Positions 49,791 to 64,000 of a stretch of DNA of 64,000 nt are shown here, in pieces. Each line of letters opens with the position of its first letter. Position 1 is the first letter of the stretch. The notes under the pieces are model-generated. The model ran no database searches. It saw nothing but the letters and a program-made list of their open reading frames with translations, and was not told the DNA's origin. Source of the DNA: Azolla caroliniana (taxonomy: Eukaryota > Plantae > Polypodiophyta); the NCBI GenBank assembly GCA_043228905.1, contig JBHGNT010000013.1, forward strand, positions 3,410,001 to 3,474,000, given 5' to 3'. A program made the position numbers and the translations under genes.

Positions 49791-52317
49791 AGGGAAAACA
49801 ACAATGAGAGGGGGGTGGGGTGGGCAAGAAGATGGTTTCCTAAGAGACTACATGTTTTGCCCCATTTTAATTTTTCATGTGTTCCTAAGTGACTTAACTC
49901 CTGGATTGTGGCCATTTGTAACTTAGCCTTTCTTAAGGAAAAGAAAACACCATTTCATACTATGATTGATCGGTTTTGTAGACACCAGAAAAGGTTATGT
50001 GGGTGGTTATATGTTGTCTTCCATGGTCCCACCAAAAGGGTTGTTGGCATTGAAGAGTGTGTTGTTTGAACAAAAATGTGTTAGGGGCAAAGATTAAGAC
50101 ATGCCAAAGGTTCGACATCACACAACATGTTTCTTTATTCGAGAAAGCAAAACATGAGAAAATGTTTGTGGTGAGGAATCAGAGGATAGTCCGATCTAGA
50201 TCTATCGGAAGGTAGATATAGATTATTAAACTTGGATGAGGCCATGTTGGCTCATGTTCCCAAGTGTCGACTACTTGAAAATACCTCTCTCATTAAAATG
50301 GTCTTGAAGCATGCCTAAACATGGATATGTCATTGTCGAGCTCTAGTATTGATTTTTTGGAGCTCTAGTCTTTGTAGTCCACATTAGTTGATGCCAACTC
50401 AATTTTGGATAGTCCCTCCATATCAATACTTCCATATATTAGTTTATTGTTCGTACTGGTAGATATTGGAATGAGTGTCTTCATTTGTGCAATTTAAAGA
50501 TCTCCAACAAAGATGATGCTTTCTGATATTAATAAAAAAACATGTGAAACTTTATGAGTTGCATCAATTAAGCCAATCCAGGTCCATAGAAGTGGACACG
50601 GTCAATAAATAATCAATGTTTAATGAGAGGGAATCACGAACAAAATTTGAATGCAATACACAACGATGTATATAAATTTTGTTCAAGAAGACGTAGCACT
50701 AATGTTAAGACTTAAGAGATAGTAAGAGATAGAAACTAACATTTACGAGGGAAAAAAACTATCACAAAAAGTTATGTTGTCTCTATTACTAAAATGACGG
50801 AAATTTGATCAATAAACTTATATTTTTATGATATTACTAAAGTATGCTTCCCTTTAGAGTGATTCACCTTGAGGCTTGAGCCTTGTATATTAAAATTGCC
50901 AAAGCTACGTTCTTATTGTTGTATTGATTTCGTCTTTCTTACTTTTTCTCTAAGAATTCACTTCATGCCAAATTGTGTCTTCATGTGAAACTCAACATCT
51001 CAACTTTTTTCCCTTTTTGCACTTGGCATATCATGACAATGCTCTATGTGTAATGTGGGCTGGTTTGGATAAACTTTGTTCTATGTGTAACGTGGATTGG
51101 TTTGAACTTTGGATAATATGTACGCTGGAAAATGTAAATGTGTATGAGTTTGTAATGAACCACCCGTGTAAATGTGAATGTGCAAATTTTTTGACGTGCT
51201 TATGTGCATGTCTTTGTTGGTAAGAGATCACATGAACAATGCATTCATGCCTTGGCTAAACAATGTAGAAAGTGTGTTGCTCATTTTGTCCTTTGATGAA
51301 GTTGTCCTAATGTGGCCCGAAGCAAGAAATGTAGTAAAAAGGCAACATTGATAATAAGACATGGTTTCATAGGAGGGCACAATAAAGGACAAAAATAATA
51401 CTAATAACAATGACGATAATATCAATAAAATGTAGCTTAAATAATGTAATGGTTGTTTCTTCATAGGGAAGTGGTCCAAGGCTCAAATCTCAAAAAGGCA
51501 ACCAAGATGAAGTGAAACATTGATTTGTATTTGTTTAACCCTAAACGGAAAGGAAAGAGGACTTAACAAGGAAGACGAGGAGAATAATGATCAACTTGGT
51601 TTGGGAGCTTTTCTTTCTCTTTTTCCTTATTATGGTGGGGAGGATAGTGGGTGATGAAGAAAGTGTTCTTCTTTTGTGGGTTGTCAAGACAATTTTCTCA
51701 CCCTATGTACAAGGGTGTTCTCATTGTAATTTAGAGTCGACTTAGAATTATTCTTTCCCACGAGCCTATCGCCACTTTTGATCTTAATCTAGATAGATCT
51801 TAAAAAGATTAGATATTTGTATCTTAATAATATGCTTAGGGGAACTATCGACTTGCGATACAAACACTAGTAGCACATAGTTCTAAGGAGAGGACAAAGA
51901 ATTGCTTGCCATACGATAAGGGCACCTACTAAAATGTAATGACATTTCCATATTGGAACACGTTGCTAAACGTGGTGGTGAAAAACCTATTGTTTATAGA
52001 CGTGTCTTTAAAATTCTTGAGTATGAGGAGCTACAATAAAAATGTGCTAGTCAATTACAAAATAAATGCACATTGTTATTCACTACCAACACTTGTAGGT
52101 GCAAACAATACCTCATGAGATCCCAACCCTTTCAAACACAATATCTAGCTCGACCATGTACCACAATTTGAGTACCTGGTGCATTGTTTATCATAATATT
52201 TTCTTGCATGGGTTCTTAATATTATTTTTTATGATATTTACGTATTTAATGAAAAAGGGCTCAAGGACGACGATGGTGAGCAATTGCATTTTACTACTTT
52301 AATTATATTCTACATAA

Positions 52318-55160
52318 CAGGAAGGGAACGTAAACAATGGGAGAAGCTATGTGTACACCTTAACCTGCGAGACATCTGGCATTCTGACAACTTCCAACGA
52401 AAAAGGGATTCTCTCCTATTCTCTCGATCAGACGGGCAGAATAGTGGACCCACCCTATCTCGCATTGACCGCATTTATGTGGGCAAGGTTCTAGAAGCGA
52501 AGGGAGGGTGGTGTCGCATAACTCCAGGCATGACTTTCTTTGACCATTACCCGATAACTGGTCATTTTCAATTGCACCGAAAATGGGGCCCATTCCAAAC
52601 TCGCATCCCACACAGTATTTACACATTTATAGAGGTGAAGGACCAACTCTCCAACCAATGGTCATTACCAGTCAATGACTCATCAACATCTGACAAACTT
52701 CTAGCTAAATTAACAAGAGCCTCAACTCTCCTACATGAGATTGTCAAGACCAGAAGCAAGTATGCTTAGGAGAAGCGACAGAGGACAAAACGGGGACTAA
52801 TAGCCTTACAACGACTCCAACAGAGATACCCGTCATGTATTTGGATCACAGGACAAGTTGCCACGGCCAAACATGAACTCAGCATGGCGGAAAATGAAAT
52901 ATATAACATGGAGTTTCATGGAAGCATGGCGCGATAGATTCGAGTAGGGGACAAAACCACGAAGGAATTCTTCCGCTCCAAAGGCCTGAGGCACGCTAGA
53001 ACAATGATGCGCAACCTCAACCGAGAGGATGGAACGACCATTAAGGATGGCGACCAAATAAGGAATATTCCCACAAGTTACTATAACTGCCTACTTACTG
53101 AAGATATTATGGTTACAGGGGAAGACATAAGAGAAGATATTATCCTCCAAAGAATACCCGAGAAAGTCACGCCGGAAATGAATACATGGCTCGTGCATCC
53201 CCTATCAATCATTGAGATATGAGAGGCCCTCTCTGATTTAGATGCCGATAGTTGCCCCGAAATCGACGGCCTCACCCCGCACTTTTTCACATGCCTTTGG
53301 GACACTATTAAAGAAGACCTCCTCCAGGCATATGAGGAGATCATCACCTCTGGAAGCATGCCGGAGGAATTTGGACAGAGGATGATACATCTCATTCCGA
53401 AAAGTGACGGGAGTGCTAATGACATTAGCAAGTGGCGGCCCATAACTCTTCTCAATACTGTCTATAAGTTGCTCGCAAAAATCGTGGCATGCCGTTTAAC
53501 ACCACTTCTCCCTCAACTCATTCATCTGTCCCAGACAGGGTTCGTTAGATATCTGAGCATGCCAGACAACCTCTTCTCATTCTGGGAAGCAGTAGCCCTT
53601 GCCAAGCGTACCAACAACAAGGTAGCGGTGGTGCTACTAGATTTTGAGAAAGCATATGACAGGGTATGCTAGAACTTTCTAGAAAGTGTGATGGGGAAAC
53701 TTGGCTTTCAAGAGACATGCATCAAAGGCATTGCATGACTTTATAGGAATGGTAACAGTTGCATTTCACTGGCAGGTGAAAGGGGCCCCTTTTTCTGAAT
53801 ATCCTGATCTGTACGACAGGGATGCCCACTAGCTCCATCCTTATTTCTATTATACGGCAAAGCACTCTCTTGCTTTCTCAACTCGCGGCATCTCAACCTA
53901 CGTGGTCTTCCCGTACCTCATTCTCACCAAAGCATCTTGGATATAGAATTTGCAGATGACACAACGGTCTACTTGCAAGGGGACTTGGAAAACCTCTAAA
54001 AGCTAGAAAGTGGGCTAGTTGTATTTTGCAAGAGATCCAATGCCATGATCAATTGGCACAAATCCTACGCAATATGGTGTGACATTAGACCAGGGCTCAA
54101 GTGTGATCAACCGAGATCCGAACCTGCCTAGCTTAGTCAACATATCCTATGGAACCAATGTATCATGGATGAATCAATCAACTATTGGGATCACGTAAGG
54201 GGTTGTCATGGGGATACATAATAGAAGGTTCAGGAAAAAGTATAGAATGTTGGCGACGGTTTATGTCACTTCCACTACAAGATCAGGCGAACATACTGCC
54301 TGGAATTAGGGGCGGATGGACTATGAGATCGGAAATCATTAACACTCTACTAATTAGGGAAACTGCTACTCAAAAGGGCGACAATAGAGAAATGGACAAG
54401 CCACAAGGAGGAGGGATCTCTGATCCCGAGAGGTAGGGGACCACCAGACAGGCTCGAAGACTTTGAATTGCGAGATACTGAGACACCAACATAGAATAAC
54501 GCAATTCGAGTACTCACGTATACTGGTCATAAATGGATTGTAGATCCTGATCTGATCAAAGTACAACCGGATTGGCACATATGTACTCATGAAAACACAT
54601 GGCTACATAAGGTCAGTTGGGACCCTTTGCAATGGACATGGCATGACCCTTACGCGGCGCAAGGAAGCAAACCCATCCCTTTCTTCCAATTCACAACTAG
54701 ATTGGGTCGCCACATTCTTGCTACTCAAACTGCCCAAGAGCCGGTTGCTACGAAGGTCTGGCATACATTTCAAGTTCCTCCCACAATAATCACCAAGTTT
54801 TGGCAGAAAATCTGGAAACAACAACACGCGAGTTGAATTACAACATTCCAATGGCTATTAATACATAAGTCCCTATCGGTGGGAGCATGGCAACGTGGGA
54901 ACCTTAGCTCTCCTAATTGTGTAGATTGCCCACATGCAGTAGAATCAATACGACACACTCTGTGGGACTGCCCAACGTCCTATCGAATATGGCGAGGGGT
55001 TAGCCGATTGTTGCAATTATGCCAGGTGCAAGGCTCAATCAAGTGGGGAAATATATGTTGGCTATCATGGCAGACCCCAGTTGGCAGATACGAGCATCGG
55101 GAGGAGGGGATGACTTTGGTGATAAAAGCACAAGAGGTTTTTTTCTCCTCTAGTGGCAAT
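52318..55160 (+). mobile_element. L1-type LINE ORF2 (5'-truncated, degenerate, internal deletion near 54100)
   Basis: APE C-terminus SRIDRIY...DHYPI. RT KWRPITLLNTVYKLLAK...LLDFEKAYDRV...SVRQGCPLAP...EFADD (about 53947). C-terminal zinc finger CVDCPHAVESIRHTLWDC. Confidence 0.9.
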
Positions 55161-56289
55161 GTCCACTCAACTCCTCTTAATGCAAATTTGAAGTTGTGTT
55201 GGAATTGGGAAAGAAAAAAAAACATTTACGCTTTGTTATTGATTTTAATTGTTTTGTTAGGGCAAGGATGTACTAGAGCATCCCAAAAGTCGTAACCAAC
55301 CCACTTCTAGCACTGCCTCATGCCTTTAATATGGATAAACCAACATGGGGCCTCGAGGTCAACCTCAAGAGTCAAAATGACACTCAACCAACTTCTATAT
55401 GAATATGTGTTGGGTCTCTCAGAATTGAATGTGAGATTAATGAGTACCTTGATGTGATTCATCTAGGATATGTTCAAAAGAGGTTTCCCTCAAATGGAGA
55501 CCCAATGGATTTAAGTGTATGTTTTTCTTATACTAATGTTACATATTAGGGCCACATTTATCACATCCTCATTTAATGATATAGGCATGAAGATGAAACA
55601 TACAAGATGTTCATCAACAAGGCTCTGCAAAGAGAATTAGGGGCTGAGTTGCAAAAGAGATTATCTTAAAAGAGATCTTGCTTCTCTTGTTACATAGGTA
55701 AAATTCATGTTGTTTCATTACAATTAAGTGGTAAACACTTAATAATTAGTTTATTAACAATGCAATATTTATTAGTTAATATAAAAACTACTCATAGGGG
55801 AATCAAACCCCCCTGAAAGCAACTTGTTGATGCCTTTGGAGCTACTGATGCAAACAAAAATAGTATTAAGCTCTTTTTAGCATGCCACTTATCTTCGTCG
55901 AGCATCTGGCGTGACCAAAATGTTGATCACCATGTCCATCTATTCGCATTCCTTCCATTTGTTTCATTGAAGTTCGCATGATCTCTCAAGGTAGACTCAG
56001 AACCTTGACCTTTTGTTCTTAATCTAAGCTTTTGTCAATTGAGTTATGCTTTTTTGTTGTCTTTAACTTCATCTTGTTTCATTTCCTTATTGTTGTACCT
56101 TTTCCATATACTTCAATCTTTTATATGTTTTAAGTTTAATGTATTTCTTTTCATAAGCTTCCCACATAATGTCAACCACCCTCACCAAACATGTACATCT
56201 TCTTATATGTGCCAATTGTGGAAAGGACGATTGTATCATGATTTGAACCCAATATTATGTGAAAAGGAGAAAGTGACATATTACATGTT

Positions 56290-58560
56290 TCAAATGTCTC
56301 GGTGTTCTCCGCCTATCACCCCCAAATTGACACCTAGACGGAGCGCATCAACCAAATCTTGAGCAAAATCTTCGGTGCTCAATTAGTTACCAGCAAGACG
56401 ATTGGGTCAACTTACTTTTAGTAGCAAAATTCACCTAGAATAATTCTCTCCATGCATCAACTGGGGTCACTCTTTCTTTGCAAATTATAGTTTACATCCT
56501 CGGTTCAACATTTCCCTCCCTACCACTTCCGTGAACCCTTCGGCGGAGGGCTGAGCTCGAGTTTTAGACGACCTACATCACGATTTATCCTTGGATCTTA
56601 GTCTCGCTAGTGAACGATACAAGAAGCAAGTTGATCTCCATCGATTTGCTACTCCACAATTTGTCATCGGAGACATGGTCTGGTTGTTACAACGACACAT
56701 CTCTATTACCCGTCCATGTGCGAAACTTGATTACAAGAAGTTGGAACCATTTCGTATAGTCGAGCACATCAATGCAGTCGCCTTCTAGCTGCCCCTTCCA
56801 TCCCATTTCCAGATTCATGATGTTTTTCATGTCTCCCTCCTCGAACTCCATTATGCTTCACAACTTTGGGGACACTAGGCCCACCACCATCACCTGTGGA
56901 GTTGACAACAAGGGAGGAATACGAGGTCGACCAAATACTTGACTCGTGTGTGCACCGTTGAAACCTTCAATACCTCGTCTTATGGAAGGGTTACTCCCTA
57001 TTTGACGCCACATTGTCGTGTGAATCTTCACACACTATGTAAAAAAAATATGAAATAAGTATTTTAGATTAGATTAGTAGCTTACTATAGAAATATGGAT
57101 ATACTCAAGAGCTTCAAAACGTATTTTACTATAGACAAAATGGAGAAATACATATCAAGTTATGTGAAAATGAAGTTTGAGAAGATAGGGAAATTAGAAC
57201 TATCCTACATAGATAAGAAACTTAAGGCCCTAGCTATATAAGCACCTTGAGCTCCCTCATTTTTCATTTGTGCTAAGAGCACTTTGGCCACTTTGTCTTG
57301 ATGGATGATGGTGGCCAAGTTCCCAAAAACCGGAAACCGGTCGGTAAGCAAATCCGGAAACCGGCCGGTATGCAAAACTGGAAACTGGCCGGTATGCAAA
57401 ACCGGAATCCGGAAACAGGCCGGTATGCAAATCTGGAAACCGGCTGGTATGCAAACCAGAAACCGGCCGGTAAGCAAAACCGGAAGCCGGTCGGTAAGCA
57501 AAATCGGAACCAAAACCGGCAAGCAAACCGGAATCGGCCGGCAAGGGATTCGGTGATCGAGCGGAACTGGCTACCGGACGAGGTTGGACGCGGACGGACG
57601 GAAGATTGGATCATGCAACAAACTAAAGTAAAGTGAAGAGAACTAAAGTAAAGGTCATGTGGACGCAAGCAACTAAAGTTGGAGTGTATGCAAAAAGTAA
57701 AGGTCATGTGGATGGTCGCATGCAACTAAAAGAAAAAGCCATGCAACTAAAAATAGATGCAACTAAAAGAAAAAGCTAAGCAACTAAAAGTAGAGGCCAT
57801 GCAACAAAAAGTGGACATGCAAATGATCAAGGGAAAACTCCATATAAAATTCCATTTTTTTTCCTACACTCAGGCTCTCTCCATATTATATTTTTTTTCT
57901 TTTCCTTCTTAGCTCCCCTATCTTATCGAAGCCATATCTCTCAAGTAAACCCTAATTTCCTAATCAAAGCCATACAACTCAAAAACCCTAATTTTCGAAT
58001 GGAAGCTAAAAACCCTAATATTCTAATTAAAATCCATATCTCATTTCTTCTAATCTATTACTATAGCTATCTCCATTAGCAAACTTTTTGTAATCCCAAT
58101 CTTGAGATTAATTGTAATCTTTCTTTCTACTTGTTAATGAAATTTGTTAATCTTTCTCATTTCAGTTAATTCTTAGTACATAAATACACGAATTTGATAT
58201 CCTCTAGTCAAAGGCCCTAGGGTCTTGCCTCAATGTTCACGTATCCTCGTCGTATTTTCGCGACAACGTGAGAACCAGGGAAGAATTTACAAAATGCCTC
58301 GAAGGTGTTCCAAGATTTTCACCATCGGTATCCCCACAAACCGGTGACCAGTTTGGGAAGGCGGCATAAGAGGGGGTATAATATCACATTTTAGACTCAA
58401 ACCTCTGACCTGCAACACACCAAGTACATAGTGTTGTGTTAGATAAACCATATGGAAACTTTTAAAATATGTATAAATTTATATACAGTTTACTATTGTA
58501 TTATAGGCTAACATATAGTACATTCCAGAATATTCTAGTCGTTAGTATATTTTAGAAATA
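56290..58560 (+). mobile_element. Chromovirus 3' remnant (integrase C-terminus, chromodomain, PPT, LTR start)
   Basis: AKLDYKKLEPF...IHDVFHVSLLE, and chromodomain EEYEVDQILDS...YLVLWKGY...DAT/EP split by a solo LTR. PPT AAGAGGGGG near 58368. Boundaries are approximate. Confidence 0.8.
57014..58265 (+). mobile_element. Solo LTR (TGTCGTG...TTTCGCGACA) inserted in the chromodomain
   Basis: 4-bp TSD ACAT (57010-57013) / ACGT (58266-58269). Homologous to 30328-31734. Internal repeats of about 22 bp (AAACCGGCCGGTATGCAAA) at 57330-57540. Confidence 0.88.
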
Positions 58561-58689
58561 TTCTATGGTATATTCTTTTTTCTTTTTAAACTACACCATA
58601 GTTTTCATTACCAATCCAAAAAGCATATACAAGACATAATAATACAATGTAGTGGCGGGTAAGATATCCCCCATTATGTCATACTTGAC

Positions 58690-61600
58690 ACCAACCTCCA
58701 CCTATGGAGGAAACAACCATCGCGGTCGTACATATTGCCACTCCATTTTGTCATTTCTCTCCACAAAAACTAACAAATCCTTCCATTTGCCTTTAAAGGA
58801 TTGTTGTTTCATAAAAATCATATCTTCATTACTTGTGAAGGAGTCATATTGACCTTTTAAAATAGAGATAAACATCGACCAAATTTCCTTCACACAATGA
58901 CATGATTTTGCTTTATTTGCTGAAATACATTTTTGCATCGATCTATCCAAATAGAACCATCGATGATATCGTGGCCCACATTCAACCGATTTGAGCTTGA
59001 GTATGGTATGTCCTTAACTTGCCTTCCCCTGGTTTGAAGGGTACATAGTATCTTTTCCCTTTCATAATTATGCTTATCCACATTTACGTCCATCCAAAAG
59101 ACATTTCCCCATGTAATCACAGTAGGTCCATATGCAACATCAATGAGGCGCAACATATGTTTCCAAATAGCATTGATTCCAAGTGAAGCCCACAAAAAGA
59201 GCAAGTTCTGGTTCCCTCTTCCCTATGCATCCATTCCAAGACTGGAAGTGCATAATGGACACATAACCATCTAAATGTAATGATTTTGCGATGAATCTGT
59301 AGAGCCCACAACTATTTCCAAAATGTCAATACTGAATGCATAGGAATATTATTATTTAACCATACCTTAGCTGCAACCGGCATAATTGGATTCCTCCTTT
59401 GTTGGAATTCCCTACCTAGTTTTACAGAGTAGTCAAAGAAAGAAACCATCTTACCATTAACATCTCTCCACCACCATTCCGCCGGATCCCACTCTAACTC
59501 CAATAAGGGTTTACAATCACAAAACCAAATATCCCAGAAAGGGTTTACTTTTTCAGGATGGGAATCAATAATACATACTTTCCCTGTTTTTGCTACCACC
59601 CTAATAGGCTTCCATTTCACTAAATTGAGAAGATCATCCTCCATAGAGACCCATTGCAATTTTCCCTCCGAAACTATTATATATGCTAAGAAGGATTCAT
59701 TAAATGTATAAGCTCTTGCTCCAATCAAGACATTAAAAGAAGAGAATGCCTCGTACCATACATGGTTTGAATTAAAAGAAGAAAGCAAAATCCTATTACA
59801 AGCGTTACTTATCGCTTAGAACATTAATGTACCACCTCTTATTGATTTCAAACCTTGTTTTAACCAAGTACCAACATTAGCCACAAATGCCTCATCAATT
59901 GCCACCCAATTTAATCTTGTCCTTCTTCCCAACATATTACCATACTCATCCTTAATCAAGGGGTTCCAACAAATTGGTTGCCTTTCCCACTCGTCTTCCC
60001 ATATACAATGTTTATGCACAAGATTAGGCAACAAACTTTTCCAAGCTCTTAACAAAGAGTTAAAATTTTTATCGGAAGTGAAAATAGAAGTCAAAGGCAT
60101 ATCCTCATGCACAAACCACCACCTCACATTTCGTTTCCAATGTCCACCTCTACATGGAACCAATTCCTTCATATGTTCATGAAGTAGCAACTTCCATGGT
60201 TCATTCCCTGGCTGCATACTTCTCACAACAAATTTCCCAAGTAATGCTCTACATTGTAACATTGGGTCTATCAACCCTAATCCTCCATTGTGAGGAGGAG
60301 ATATTATTACCTTCCATGCAACTTTAGATCTTGCATTTACATAAGATGCGCCCCATAAGAAATTGCGGACAAGCCTTTGTACCTGAGAGAGAACATATCT
60401 TGAAAACAACCAAGATGAGAGGATATACCACATCGAAGATAAAAGCACTTGATTAGCAATTACAATTCTTCCAGCCAATGATAAATGTCTCAAAGACCAA
60501 AACAACAATTTCCTCTTCAATGACATCAACAAGGGGGCAATAATTTGATCATGAGTAATGTCAACACCAATTTGACAACCAAGATTTCGTATTGACCTCC
60601 CATGTTGAAGCCATTGAAAATCTGGATGGGGCAACCAATGTGAAACTCTATTATTCTTCATTCTGATTCCAATGGATTTATTCCAATTTATAATAGCACC
60701 GGATAGCTCACAAAATTCTTGCACCACACATTGGACATTATGCAAATTTTGTTCCTCCCCATCCACATATAAAGTTGTATCATCAACAAATTCATTATCA
60801 AGCACTTGCTTATTATCGAATCCCCATTGCAACCCTTTAATTCTTAAGGCATGATTATTAAAATACACATGAAAAGCCGCAATTATTAATAAGTATAGGA
60901 AAGGAGCCAATGGACATCCTTGTCTAACCGACCTTGAAATAGAGAAGGGAGCATCAACTTGTCCAGCCACATATATGGATCTAGACGCATTCTTATACAA
61001 GGCTCTTACTGCCACTACCCAAGCCATTGGAAATCCTAGTTGTAACATAACTTCCTCGAGGAAAGACCAATCAACCCTATCGTATGCCTTTTCAAAGTTC
61101 AACAATAGCACCACTATGTCAACATCCTTCTCTTTTGCCAAAACTATACATTCCTAGAACATGAAAATATTATAAAAAATAGAACAGTCTTGCATAAAAC
61201 CCGTTTGCGATTTATGAATAATATCATTTAATAAAGGTTGCATACGTAAAGCAAGAACTTTAGCATAAATCTTATAGATAGTATTCAGAATAGTTATCAG
61301 CCGCCACTTCTTAATGTCAACTACTATCCCCTCCAATTTAGGAATAAAAAAAATTAACCCTGCATTCCATTGAGAAGGCATATCACCCAAAGTAAAAACC
61401 TCTTGTAAGGCTTCCGTTACACTGATTCCAATGTGATCCCAATAGCAAAGAAAAAATTCAGGAGGAAAACCATCGATGCCAGGACATACATTCTTACCTA
61501 AGGCCTTAATTGCAACACACACCTCATGAACATTAAACAGTTTAACTAATTCATTAGCCATAGAAAGATTAACTTTCTTCTTCATCACACACCATAATGT
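58690..61600 (-). mobile_element. Second L1-type LINE family, ORF2 RT and C-terminal zinc finger (degenerate)
   Basis: CPGIDGFPPEFF...KWRLITILNTIYKIYAK; FEKAYDRVDW...SVRQGCPLAPFLY...EFVDDT...LSLAGRIVIANQVL; CSFCGLHLES near 59200. Confidence 0.9.
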
Positions 61601-61611
61601 AGATCTTAAGG

Positions 61612-64000
61612 TCACTTGCTCATGCGTAAATGACTGCCTATCAAATCAATCATCCACTTGTAATGCACCCCTGGTGAGTATGTTGGGTGTAACTCATCAC
61701 AAAATTTTACATTTGAATAATATTGACAAGTGGGACAAGTTTTCACATACATTTTTATTTCCTGATAGTATCGAGGCCACCAAAACCGTTCTTTAATCTT
61801 ACTGAAAGTGGCCCACACTCCTTGATGACCAACCCATTCTTTATCATGTAACTCTCTAATTATCTCCTTTCTTTGCTCTTTAGAACCTATTACTCTTTGT
61901 GGGTTTCCAGTCTTGGTTTTCAGATGTCGCCATAGATATCCTTCATGCAGGAAGAACTTATGGGCTTTCTTGCGAAACTGTGTGAACTCTTCTCCATATT
62001 GACCTTTGTACTTGTCAGGGGTTTGTAGGTATTTTCCTATTCCCTTGAATTCTTCTTCATATTCCTCTTCTAGAAACTGCATTCCCCCTTCCCGGGTAAT
62101 GACTGTTTGTTCTTTGTCCTCATCATCCGAGTCTGGAATCTCCTCTTCCTCATACCTTGCTCTTGATAATATATCTACTACTGCATTTCTATTCCTAGAG
62201 ATATGTCGAACTTGAGGGTTGCTTAATCTAATATAGATGCACCATCTTAACATAGCTTGATTTGGAATATCACAATTAGCTATGATACCAAGAATCGGCA
62301 AACAATTCGTTCTATTATTACTTCAGCACCAATTAAGTAATCTCTATCTGTCTTAACTGCTATTACTATCCCCCATAGCTCTATTTTCACCTATGCATAT
62401 TTTCTTTCTCGACCACTAAGAACCTTCGCTCCAAATCGGACTAGATACCTTTCTTCCCCATCTTGTTGGCTTATCACCCATACAATTCCAATGGGACTGG
62501 AGTCTACTATGAGATATATGGGCCGGGTGTAGTCAGGTTGCTTTAATGGTGGTGCTTGTGCCAAGTAGGACTTCAATTTCCTCATTGCCTCTGAATGCTC
62601 TTCACTCCATTCAAATGTTTCTCCTTTTCTTAGGAGTCTATATAAAGGTACAGATAGATGGGCATAATGCAGAATCCATCTACAGTAAAAAACACATACC
62701 CCTAGAAACCTTCGTACTTCTGAAACGGATGTACATTCCTCTTGCATATTTTGAATTGCATTGACCTTGGTTGGTGATGGCTTTCTCTCATACGGACCAC
62801 ACATATGACCAACTATGAATATTTCTTTTGCCCCAAATATTGACTTCACCCCTGATAAGGTCAAATGCACTTCTTCCATCCTTGATAGTATCTTCTCCCA
62901 ATCCTTGATATGGTCGACAATGAATTGTCGACAACCACTTTCGTCCAATTCCTCATTCTTCTCTTCCTCCTTACATCCCTTAATCAGAACATCATCTAAA
63001 AAAGGCATTGTAATATGAGGAATGAAATCACGAAGTACCTTGTTCATTCCATTCATCATATGTGCCACTGAGTTGGTCACTCCTTGTGGCAAGGTACACA
63101 TCCATACTAACCCTATAGGTGTCTTGATAGAAGTAATATCTCTACTTTTGATAGCAAGTTGAAATTGGTCATACCCGGAATAAAGGTCTCCCATAGAATA
63201 TATAGTTCTTCTTGCAAACATCTTAGCAAACTCATCTACAATTGGCCCTACTCCCGAGTTTTGGATTGTTATCTTATTCATGGCTTGCATATCTTGGATA
63301 AATTGGAGTCGCCCATCTTTCTTTAACATAGTGAACCATTGACTCGAGTAAGGGGCGTTTGATGGTTCCAAGATACCCATGCTTATCTTTTCTTTCAGAA
63401 GTTCTAATAGTTGAGGGATTCTAGCCCTAGGCATGGGTATTGGCTTAAAATTCCATGGAATATGAGGGATAGTGAATATAAACATGGGCTCCACTATTTT
63501 TGGATCCACACACCCTATTTCCTCGGGTTGGAATGCGAACGCCTTTCCATGCCTTTTTAACATCTCCCTAAATTGCTTTTCTTCGGCTGGTTATAGGAAG
63601 TCACCCCCTCCCATTTTCATCCCTTGTATTGTTTCTGGAGTAAACACATGTCCCACCTTTCGTGTGTGTCTGATCATTGGCTCTGTGGTTGCTTCTTTAA
63701 TTGCTCTTTCACTATCCCCTGGAAGTGGAGCAACAATAGGACGAACCTTCTTCTCCACTATCTTGTACTTTGTTAGGACATGTGCTTCATGATCCTTTTG
63801 AGCAACTTCTTCAATGACCTCGTACATCTTGATCGAATGGACAAGAACTTGGATTTCGTTGTCATCCTCCATTGCTTCCAAATGAGTTATTGTATCTTCG
63901 AAACTTAATTCTTCAAACATATCTTGAATTTCTTCATCATCATCTATTAATCCAGAACACTTAAAGTACTCAAAAGCATTTTGTATTTTATTATTATCTA
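61612..64000 (-). mobile_element. Ty3/gypsy pol fragment (RT, RNase H, start of integrase), related to the family at 14640-21593; runs off the window end
   Basis: EPSNAPYSSQWF...GDLYSGYDQFQL...LPQGVTNSV...FLDD; LIVDSSPIGI; HDKEWVGH...CPTC...WMIDL. Confidence 0.92.

Noticed and set aside
48600-49926. Repetitive ORFs, including a possible N-terminal extension of Dabb B
   Set aside because: They derive from the 31-bp array and are out of frame with Dabb B, which has an in-frame stop 39 nt upstream of its ATG.
50000-52300. Short ORFs of 66-83 aa
   Set aside because: Low-complexity AT-rich sequence with no recognisable domain or splice structure.

Overview
This is eukaryotic plant nuclear DNA, probably from a seed-free land plant such as a fern; that assignment is an inference from the TE families and microsatellite style. 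About three quarters of the window is nested, decaying retrotransposons. Three LTR elements have both LTRs and matching target-site duplications: a chromovirus at 3350-10267, and Ty1/copia elements at 27410-34337 and 34483-40541. There are also rearranged copia and gypsy nests at 1-3349 and 10494-24119, five solo LTRs, three L1-type LINE segments and a gypsy pol at the right edge. A small gene island at about 40.7-48.7 kb holds two tandem, intron-matched paralogues encoding double stress-responsive A/B-barrel (Dabb) proteins on the minus strand, with the last two exons of a RidA gene between them on the plus strand. Highlights: (1) one Dabb paralogue appears to have gained a signal-peptide exon and N-glycosylation sequons; (2) a gypsy family has a -1 frameshift signal after the protease and a tRNA-like segment in its LTR; (3) LTRs with TGTCG termini have CpG-centred 4-bp target sites; (4) a regularly spaced hairpin array sits in the chromovirus leader; (5) a 31-bp tandem array abuts the second Dabb gene. 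All alignments were made by eye and no database search was run.
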